A stretch of 64,000 nucleotides of DNA from Alphaproteobacteria bacterium (GTDB taxonomy: Bacteria; Pseudomonadota; Alphaproteobacteria; Rickettsiales; UBA8987). The translations under genes and the position numbers were made by a program. The stretch's first letter is position 1. Every line of letters starts with the position of its first letter. Location of the stretch: NCBI GenBank assembly GCA_030429625.1, contig JAUIFA010000003.1, positions 108,898 to 172,897 of the forward strand. Direction: 5' to 3'. A model generated the notes under the pieces. That model was not told where the DNA came from, searched no databases, and saw only the letters and a program-made list of their open reading frames with translations. Of this stretch, positions 28,086-36,200 are shown piece by piece.

Positions 28086-28289
28086 TTAATGTGTATGAAT
28101 TAATTTTAAAGAGCTTCCGTCACGTTCCCACAACCAATCATGTAGGGAGAACACAAATGTCTGCACAAATGGCTCAATAAGCCCAATTCCAAGTGCGGTA
28201 GTAAAATCACCGGTTAGTGCATAAGCCACCGAAGTAGCCACCACCACATGGACAATACCATAAGAAATTGTTTTTGCTAATAGACGCAT
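28086..28289 (-). CDS. DUF2061-like small membrane protein
   Basis: 67 aa. The KTISYGIVHVVVATSVAYALTGD...IGLIEPFVQTFVF pattern is typical of DUF2061. Confidence 0.6.
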   Translation of the reverse strand: MRLLAKTISYGIVHVVVATSVAYALTGDFTTALGIGLIEPFVQTFVFSLHDWLWERDGSSLKLIHTH

Positions 28290-28317
28290 CGTATCCTCCC
28301 TAAAATTGATAAGTTAG

Positions 28318-28884
28318 TTATGCGGCAGCCTCATGAAGGTCGATGGTTTGCTCGCCTTTGCTCCAGTTACAAGGGCAAAGTTCATCAGTTTGCAACGCAT
28401 CCAAAACACGTAGTGTTTCTTTTGGATTACGACCAACATTGAGATCGTTCACGCTTACATGGCGGATAATGCCATCAGGATCAACGATAAAGGTTGCACG
28501 TTGTGCCACACCAGCATCTTTGTCAATAATGCCTAAAGCTTCAGTAAGCTCACGCTTCACATCCGCCAAAAGCGGGAAGGGAAGATCCTTTAACTCTTCT
28601 TGATGTTTACGCCATGCCCAGTGCACAAATTCACTGTCTGTGCTACCACCTAAAACTTGTGTATCACGGTCGGCAAATTCTTCAACCAGATCACCAAAAG
28701 CAGCAATTTCTGTTGGACAGACAAAGGTAAAGTCTTTCGGGTAGAAAAATACCACCAGCCATTTACCGCTGTAACTGTTGTTGTTCACATCAATAAACAC
28801 ATTATCGATATTAATATCAGCTAATTTCGCCGATGAGGTTGCTTTTACATTAAATTCAGGGAATTTTTCACCTACTCCTAACAT
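28318..28884 (-). CDS. ahpC: peroxiredoxin AhpC (AhpD-dependent type)
   Basis: Peroxidatic motif FYPKDFTFVCPTE and a resolving Cys near the C-terminus (ELCPCNW). The ATG at 28884 (MLGVGEKFPEF) is preferred over the track start 28932. Confidence 0.9.
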   Translation of the reverse strand: MLGVGEKFPEFNVKATSSAKLADINIDNVFIDVNNNSYSGKWLVVFFYPKDFTFVCPTEIAAFGDLVEEFADRDTQVLGGSTDSEFVHWAWRKHQEELKDLPFPLLADVKRELTEALGIIDKDAGVAQRATFIVDPDGIIRHVSVNDLNVGRNPKETLRVLDALQTDELCPCNWSKGEQTIDLHEAAA

Positions 28885-28903
28885 TATTTTCTCCATTTTT
28901 TCA

Positions 28904-29044
28904 TTAATAATTGTTGTTAACATCAGTATCACGAGATTTCATGCCCATACGGCACTCACATTCTTCGAGAATGCTGCTAGTATGTACACCTTCAGCCATT
29001 GCTTCAAGTGTGCATTTCAATAAAAAAGAATCAGTATCATACAT
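28904..29044 (-). CDS. candidate 46-aa Cys-containing small ORF upstream of ahpC
   Basis: My own translation, below the track cutoff: MYDTDSFLLKCTLEAMAEGVHTSSILEECECRMGMKSRDTDVNNNY*. AGGAG lies 6 nt upstream of the ATG, and the stop is 20 nt before the ahpC ATG. Confidence 0.3.
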   Translation of the reverse strand: MYDTDSFLLKCTLEAMAEGVHTSSILEECECRMGMKSRDTDVNNNY

Positions 29045-29064
29045 AATTGACTCCTATGGTTTGC

Positions 29065-29093
29065 GTCACTGATATTTACAATATAGTCACTGA
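29065..29093. promoter_or_regulatory. candidate OxyR operator in the oxyR / ahpC divergent region
   Basis: Direct repeat GTCACTGA at 29065-29072 and 29086-29093, 21 bp centre to centre (two helical turns). Embedded in ATAT/ATAG/CTAT-rich sequence in the 104-bp region between the small ORF and oxyR. Confidence 0.3.
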
Positions 29094-29148
29094 GTAATTA
29101 TATGTACAATATATTGATTTTATATAAACAATAAGTTATACTTATGAT

Positions 29149-30033
29149 ATGAATTTACGTGATTTAAAATATCTAGTGGCGGTGGCTGATTGTAAAAATT
29201 TTAGCAAAGCCGCAAAAACTTGCTTTGTTAGCCAGCCAGCATTGAGCATGCAATTACAAAAGCTTGAGGACAGTCTTGGGGTCAAGCTTCTTGAGCGTAA
29301 TAATAAACGGGTAATGGTGACCGAGGTGGGTAGGGACATTGTTGAGCGTGCAAGAAAGATTTTGCGTGAGGCTGAGGAGATTGAAGAAGTCGCCGCGACC
29401 TATCATGATCCGTTTGTTGGAAAATTTAGATTGGGGGCTTTTCCTACATTAGCGCCTTATCTATTACCAGAAATTGTACCAATCATTACCCAGAAATATC
29501 CCAAACTAAAGATGTTTCTCATAGAAGATAAAACCGATATTTTGATTAATCAGCTAAAATCCGGACAAATAGATGCGGCATTTTTGGCGCTACCCATTGA
29601 TGATGACAGTTTGGAATATACACAATTATTTAAAGACCGTTTCTTTCTTGCGGTGTCTTATTCTCACCATCTAGCCAACCAAGATTCTATCAACAACAGT
29701 GATTTAAAAAACGAATCGCTGTTGTTATTGGAAGACGGGCATTGTCTGAGAGAACATGCGCTGGATGTGTGTTCGCTCACAGGCATGTCAGAAAAGCAGG
29801 ATTTTCGGGCAACCAGTCTTGAAACATTGCGTCAGATGGTTGCGTCAGATGTGGGAATTACACTGATTCCTGAATTAGCGAAAAAAGACAATGATGGCAT
29901 CGTCTACATCCCTTTTGCTAAAAATGAGCCTTCTAGAACTATCTGTCTGGTGTGGCGCAAAACCTCTGCGAGGAAAAACACCTGTTTAGAAATGGCAGAT
30001 ATTATTAAAAATTGTGCTTTAGTTCGTCCTTAA
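29149..30033 (+). CDS. oxyR: LysR-family hydrogen peroxide-inducible activator OxyR
   Basis: 294 aa. wHTH motif MNLRDLKYLVAVAD..NFSKAA..CFVSQPALS.Q..KLE and a redox-Cys context LLLLEDGHCLREHAL. Divergent from ahpC. Confidence 0.85.
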   Translation: MNLRDLKYLVAVADCKNFSKAAKTCFVSQPALSMQLQKLEDSLGVKLLERNNKRVMVTEVGRDIVERARKILREAEEIEEVAATYHDPFVGKFRLGAFPTLAPYLLPEIVPIITQKYPKLKMFLIEDKTDILINQLKSGQIDAAFLALPIDDDSLEYTQLFKDRFFLAVSYSHHLANQDSINNSDLKNESLLLLEDGHCLREHALDVCSLTGMSEKQDFRATSLETLRQMVASDVGITLIPELAKKDNDGIVYIPFAKNEPSRTICLVWRKTSARKNTCLEMADIIKNCALVRP

Positions 30034-30072
30034 ATCCGTTTACATATAAACAAATATATTAAAGGAGAATAG

Positions 30073-31089
30073 ATGGATCCGATTTCACAAGGAGTGCTTG
30101 GGGCGGCGGTGGCGGAAGTAGCGACCAAGCGGCAACATATCAAAACAGCGGCTTTTTGTGGAGCGTTGGGTGGTATTGCACCAGATTTGGATATTTTTAT
30201 CCGCTCCTCAACAGATCCGCTATTACGCATAGAATATCACCGCCATTTTACCCACTCTCTGGCCTTTGTCCCCATAGGCGGGCTGATCATTGCTTTTTTC
30301 ATTTGGCTGGTGTTTTATCGTAATAAAGAACCTTCGTTTAAGTTGATTTATGCCTTTACCACATTGGGCTTTGCCACGCACGGCTTGCTTGATGCCTGCA
30401 CGAGCTATGGCACGCGGCTATATTGGCCATTTTCTGATTTTCGTGTGTCATGGAATATCATCTCCATCATTGATCCAGTCTATACCCTGACATTGTTGGT
30501 GTTCTGTGGATTGAGCCTATGGCGTAAATCTGTAAGGTTGATGCAGGTAGGGCTGGTGCTTTCATTGTGTTATATGGGATTTTGTTATCTTAAACATGAA
30601 AAGGTAGAGGATTTTGTCCGTCAGCTAGCGCAGCAAAGAGGGCATGCGGTGGAGCGTGTGTTGTTAAACCCCACCATCGGCAATAATATTCTGTGGCGAA
30701 CCATTTACCAGTCTGGCGGAAAATATTATGTGGATGCAGTGTATTATCCCATCTTTGGCGAGCCTCTAGTGCAGAAAGGAGATTCCGTGCCGGTCGTTGA
30801 TAAACATACCGTCTTTCCGGAGCTGCCACCAGAATCCCAGCAACGCAAGGACATAGAGCGCTTTGCCTATTTCTCCCAAGATTTTATTTATCTGCATCCT
30901 GAACATGAGAATGTTATTGCTGATTTGCGCTATGGCACACTTCCTTACGATATTAAATCCATGTGGGGTGTCATTGTGAACCCAGAGCAGCCAGAAGCAC
31001 ACGTGCAATGGGCCAATTTTAGGAAAGTAAACAGCCGCAATCTTGATGAGTTCTGGTTGATGCTAAATGGAAATTTAATAAAAAAATAA
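30073..31089 (+). CDS. membrane-bound metal-dependent hydrolase, YdjM/DUF457-like
   Basis: 338 aa. N-terminal MDPISQGVLGA, HRHFTHSL, and several TM segments followed by a soluble C-terminal domain. Confidence 0.6.
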   Translation: MDPISQGVLGAAVAEVATKRQHIKTAAFCGALGGIAPDLDIFIRSSTDPLLRIEYHRHFTHSLAFVPIGGLIIAFFIWLVFYRNKEPSFKLIYAFTTLGFATHGLLDACTSYGTRLYWPFSDFRVSWNIISIIDPVYTLTLLVFCGLSLWRKSVRLMQVGLVLSLCYMGFCYLKHEKVEDFVRQLAQQRGHAVERVLLNPTIGNNILWRTIYQSGGKYYVDAVYYPIFGEPLVQKGDSVPVVDKHTVFPELPPESQQRKDIERFAYFSQDFIYLHPEHENVIADLRYGTLPYDIKSMWGVIVNPEQPEAHVQWANFRKVNSRNLDEFWLMLNGNLIKK

Positions 31090-31227
31090 ATTTACATATC
31101 AGTTGGATAATAGATATGATACAGTGTCTGTTAAAAAAGAAAGAAGGGTTTTGGTTTGTGAGTCGTATCAATTATTATGAAAGTAACCTTTCGTACGTTT
31201 AACCAATTATAAATCAAGGAGTCTATT

Positions 31228-31596
31228 ATGAAAAAACTATTAATAGCCACATTGGCAGTTCTTATTTCCCTAAGTTTTGCTTCAGAATCTCTGGCAAGAG
31301 ATCATGACGATAAAAAACGCGGGGGTCATCATATGAAAAAAATGATGAAAAAGATGGACACAAACGATGATGGAGCTGTCAGTAAAGAAGAAGCCCAAGT
31401 CTTTCATGAAAAGAAATTTGAAAAAATGGACAAAGACGGTGATGGTAAGATTACCAAAGACGAAATGAAGTCGTTTAAAGAAGAAATGAAAGAAAAATTT
31501 GGCCGCAAACATGATTGTTCCGATAAAGATGATGATAAGAGCGATGATTGCCCAAGAAGAGATGGCAAAAAACATGACAAGCAGGACGACGATTAA
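31228..31596 (+). CDS. secreted EF-hand calcium-binding protein
   Basis: Signal peptide (LLIATLAVLISLSFA). Two canonical EF loops, DTNDDGAVSKEE and DKDGDGKITKDE. Lys/Asp-rich tail. Confidence 0.8.
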   Translation: MKKLLIATLAVLISLSFASESLARDHDDKKRGGHHMKKMMKKMDTNDDGAVSKEEAQVFHEKKFEKMDKDGDGKITKDEMKSFKEEMKEKFGRKHDCSDKDDDKSDDCPRRDGKKHDKQDDD

Positions 31597-31641
31597 TAAT
31601 TAATTTTGTGGCTCTGTGGTCACTTTATCGCATAGGTTAAT

Positions 31642-32205
31642 ATGGCTGCAGAGCTGGAAAATTTAAATGATGAGCAGTTGCTAAATCTGATATGCAACAA
31701 TGATAATTCTCAGGCCTTCTCGGTTTTGGTAAAACGGCATAATCGCCGCTTTTATTATCTGGCATATCGAAGTTTGTATAATAAAGAAGAAGCGCAAGAC
31801 GTGGTTCAGGATGCCTTTATCAAATTATGGGATAATCCAAAAATTTGGGACGCTAAGAAAAAGGCTAAATTCACAACATTCTTCTATAAAATTATTGTTA
31901 ATCGTTGCTTGGATATTAATAAAAGGCAGAGAAAGCGCCATTTGGAATTTAAAGATTCTCTGGCACACAACAATGAGTTAAATCAATTTGAAACAGCCGA
32001 GCATAAACAAAAACAGGATTTGCTTGAATCTGCCATACAATCGCTTCCGGCAAAGCAGAAAATGGCTTTAAACCTATGCTTTTATGAAGGGATAAGTAAC
32101 AAAGAAGCCGCAGAAATTATGGGAATGAAAGTTAAGGCACTGGAATCCCTTTTAATGCGATCAAAGCAAAGCCTGAGAAAGGTTTTTAAGATTGATGATG
32201 TGTAA
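31642..32205 (+). CDS. ECF-type RNA polymerase sigma factor
   Basis: 187 aa. Region 2 (EEAQDVVQDAFIKLW) and a region 4 HTH (LCFYEGISNKEAAEIMGMKVKALESLLMRSKQSL). Confidence 0.85.
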   Translation: MAAELENLNDEQLLNLICNNDNSQAFSVLVKRHNRRFYYLAYRSLYNKEEAQDVVQDAFIKLWDNPKIWDAKKKAKFTTFFYKIIVNRCLDINKRQRKRHLEFKDSLAHNNELNQFETAEHKQKQDLLESAIQSLPAKQKMALNLCFYEGISNKEAAEIMGMKVKALESLLMRSKQSLRKVFKIDDV

Positions 32206-32494
32206 GGATAGAGACATGGGCAGCAAATTAGAAAAAATATTATCACAGCGCTACATACCCAATGTGCCAGAATATATGGCGGAGAATATTATCAATGTGG
32301 CTAGATTTTCAAAGAAAGAAGATAAAGCGCTGGTGCGATTTGTTTTAGATTGGATGTTACCAAATCCTGCCTATGCACTAAGTGTTGCGCTGGTTCTGGG
32401 GGTTTTTATAGGATGGCAGATTCCTGCAGAATATGATTATGATTACTACATGACAGCTACGGCAATAATATATGATGAAGGAAATATATTATGA
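32192..32494 (+). CDS. putative anti-sigma factor (single-pass membrane protein)
   Basis: Overlaps the sigma-gene stop. One TM segment (AYALSVALVLGVFIGW). Assigned by position only, and the start is uncertain (32192 or 32216). Confidence 0.4.
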   Translation: MMMCKDRDMGSKLEKILSQRYIPNVPEYMAENIINVARFSKKEDKALVRFVLDWMLPNPAYALSVALVLGVFIGWQIPAEYDYDYYMTATAIIYDEGNIL

Positions 32495-32925
32495 GAAAAA
32501 AAATAAAAATAATTCTTACAGTATCGATTTTACTTAATGTGTTGCTTGCAGGTATTATCGCTAGCCATACTATAAAACGTGCGGGACATCACACTCGTCA
32601 TGACATCATGATTGAAGAGTTCTCAGAGCATTTGCCGTCTGAAAAGAAAGTCATCATACAAACGCATATACAGGATGTGGAGAATAATAAACGAGAGCTT
32701 TTTAAAGCCATCAGGCAGGCGAGAAAGGATCTGGTGGAAGTCCTTGTTGCCAATCAATTTGATCCAACCCTTTACCAAGAGCAGGCAGATAAACTGCATA
32801 AAATACATGGGAAAATGGGACAAGAAATGATTAATTCAATCAAGCTTATCGCTGAAAATCTTGATGTTAAAGAGCGTAAAAAACTGGCAAAGAAGCTGTT
32901 TAAGTTTAAGCCTTTCAATAAATGA
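32491..32925 (+). CDS. periplasmic Spy/CpxP/ZraP-like (heavy-metal-sensor family) protein
   Basis: 144 aa. N-terminal anchor or signal, then helical K/E/Q-rich repeats. The 4-nt start/stop overlap with the upstream gene fits the usual third member of ECF sigma operons. Confidence 0.5.
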   Translation: MRKKIKIILTVSILLNVLLAGIIASHTIKRAGHHTRHDIMIEEFSEHLPSEKKVIIQTHIQDVENNKRELFKAIRQARKDLVEVLVANQFDPTLYQEQADKLHKIHGKMGQEMINSIKLIAENLDVKERKKLAKKLFKFKPFNK

Positions 32926-32987
32926 TATGAAACCTTCTATTGTTTTCTGGGTATATTAAATCATTATAGGCATAATTTTTTTAAAGA

Positions 32988-33042
32988 ATTATTTTATGGT
33001 GATCCCGACAGGATTCGAACCTGTGACCTCCAGATTAGGAAT
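32988..33042 (-). repeat. att-like direct repeat: orphan 3' fragment of tRNA-Arg(CCU) plus 9-nt flank
   Basis: Identical base-for-base to 38570-38624 (checked by hand). Sequence diverges immediately on both sides. Confidence 0.85.
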
Positions 33043-33210
33043 GGCAACTCACTGATTTTAAATGGCTGTAAGGCCTTTTTTGAACTGTATGCCCTTATAG
33101 GGCGTTTTTACACCACCACCTTGCTATCGCCTTGTTAGAAGAGGTCATGGCATATTTTAATACCGTCATTTATCCCATCACAAAGTCATTATCGGTGAGG
33201 ATGTCGATGC

Positions 33211-36200
33211 CTACCACGCGCCGCTGCTGTAATAATCGTCAACAATCAACCGGTCAGTAATGATAAAATCCTCTCCATCGTCGTAGCCATAATATACTCT
33301 CAGATCATTACCATTCTGTTCCAATACTGCACCGGCACCTAAGGATAAGGCGTTTGAGCCAAGCGTATCATAAATAACATCATACCCATCCCCAGCATTG
33401 AAGATGTAGAGATCATCACCCCCATAGCCACGTAATTCATCGTTACCATCGCCGCCGGTGATGGTATCCTCAAAATCAGTGCCTTGTAGGCCGGAGTTAT
33501 AACCGAGACGGTCAGTGATAATTAAGCCGCCGGTTACATTCATTCCGTTGATGGTTTCTATTTTAGCTACCCCAGTATTTTGATCATATATTGTAATGCG
33601 ATCATAACTTCCCTGCTCGCCTCCATAATACACATAGAGAGAACCACCATTATTATTCAGATATACCTCACCACTGACTTCAATAGAATCATTGCCGCCG
33701 GTTTCGTAACTGATCGTATCATTACCATCCCCAGCATTGAAGATGTAGAGATCATCACCATCATAACCATACAGTGAGTCATTACCATCGCCGCCAGTGA
33801 TGGTATCCTCAAAATCAGTGCCTCGTAGGCTATTGTTTAATCCAGGGCGGTCGGTGATTTCTAATCCACCCGTTAGGTTAGTACCGTTAAGATTTTCTAC
33901 CTGATAACCATTGAAGTGAGATTGAACAATCACTCTGTCATAGCTCCCATCTTCTTGAACATTATAATAAATCTGAAGATCGCTATTAAATTTATTCAGA
34001 TATACCTCACCACTGACTTCAATAGAATCATTGCCGCCGGTTTCGTAAATAGTATCCAGCCCATCCCCAGCATTGAAGATGTAGAGATCATCACCATCAT
34101 AACCATACAGTGAGTCATTACCATCGCCGCCAGTGATGGTATCCTCAAAATCAGTGCCTCGTAGGCTATTGTTTAATCCCGGGCGGTCGGTGATTTCTAA
34201 CCCACCCGTTACATCCACACCGTTAACAGTTTCCACCTGATAGCCAGAAAAATTATCATTGACGGTGACCAAATCATAGCTTCCGTCTTCCTGTACGTTG
34301 TAATAAATACGTAAGTCACTATTAGCAATGTTTAAATAGAACTCACCATCTACACTGATAGAATCATTCCCGCTATCATCATGATAAATACTATCCAGCC
34401 CATCCCCAGCATTGAAGATATAAAGATCATCACCATCATAGCCATGTAATGTATCGTTGCCTGCATAACCAATGATAATATCGTCTCCATCGGAAACAGA
34501 GTCACCGTCCGCATCAACGTATGAGCTTGTTATGTTGTTACTGGCTGCCGTGCCATCAACGATGTTATCGCCAGCCCCGACATTTATCGTAACGGTTGCG
34601 ACATTAGATCTGGCACCTTCGGAATCTGTGACGGTATAGGTGAAGGAATCCAGCCCATGGAAGCCCAAACGAGAGGTATAAGTAACAATGCCGGAGTCGC
34701 TGTCATAGCTAATGCTGTTGCCCGTGGCCACACCTGAAGCAATATGGAATGTGTCATGAGCAATACCTTGATCCTCCAGGTCATAATCATTCGCAAGCAC
34801 GTTAATTTCAATGGATTCTCCTGTATGTGCAGTGGCATAATCATCTCCCGCGATGGGAATATGATTGTCGCCTATATTGATCGTGACCACTGCCTTATTA
34901 GAAACAAGCCCCTCTGAATCTGTTACTGTGTAGGTGAAAGAATCTTGTCCTATAGAAAACTGGTTGGGCGTATAGCGAACAACACCAGTATCGCTGTTAT
35001 AATCTACTAATCCACCTCTATTTGTATAGAAAGGCTCTTCAGGCAAGGAAACATTACTAGGAGATAGGGTAACATCTTCAGCATCATAGTCGTTGGCCAA
35101 TATATTAATATCAATATAGTCATTAATATTCACTCGCACAGTATCATTGACCGCCACAGGTGCTGTGTTAGGGGCAGTTCCATCAATTGTCACCGTTGCC
35201 CAGTTTGATAGTTGTCCTTGTGAATCGGCAAATCTATAAGAAAATGAACCCGTATCCCCGGTAGGTTTAAATGTGATATTTCCATCATTACTAAACCCAA
35301 CAATTGAGCCATGGATAATGTTATCTATTTCCACATTCTCAAGAGTAAGTACATTGTCTTCAAGGTCACTATCATTGCTCAGAACATTCACCGATGCATA
35401 TCCGTTAGAGCCAATATACGCAATATCATCCACCGCCACAGGAGGCTGATCTAGGAAAAGGCCAAACGTGCCATTCTCAAAATCATCAATTTCAATATTA
35501 TTGGTAAACGTATAGTCACTGATGATCAAATCTGTATTATCAATGGTGCTTTTGAACAGTAAGAAGTCCAGATCATTATGATGCAGATTAAAGGCATTGA
35601 CACTGCCATATTCGACATTAAATATGCTGCCAACGAAAATGACCTCCGCGTAGCCATCGGTGGAGTTCGCATCCTGCCCGACGATTGTGCCATCGATTAA
35701 CAGCGCTCCGTCATCGTCAAAGATGGTATCTCGCCCGAAATCAGAGCTTTGATAGATATAGGTGTCATTCCCTGTACCGCCGATGATATAGTCATTATCT
35801 GCGCCACCATAAAAGAAATTTGTGCCTGAAGGTGCATAGAGCAGGTCGTCTCCTTCATCGCCAAAAATATGATCAGTTCCTGTGCTGCCATCAATATTGT
35901 CATTGCCAGCCCCGCCAATTAAAGTGTCATCCCCATCATCTCCCCATATAGCGTCATCACCATCATTTCCCAGAATAACATCGTTACCATCTTCCCCACC
36001 GATATAATCATTATTGACTCCACCATAAATACTGTCATTGCCAGCCCCGCCATAAATTTCATTTTCCCCAGCAATGCCGAGAATACTATCATCTCCATTA
36101 TCACCATAAATTTCATCATTATCGAAACCACCCACAATCGTATCATTCCCTGAGCCACCTTCCAGAGTATCATCACCGGCACCGCCATCAATAAAGTTAG

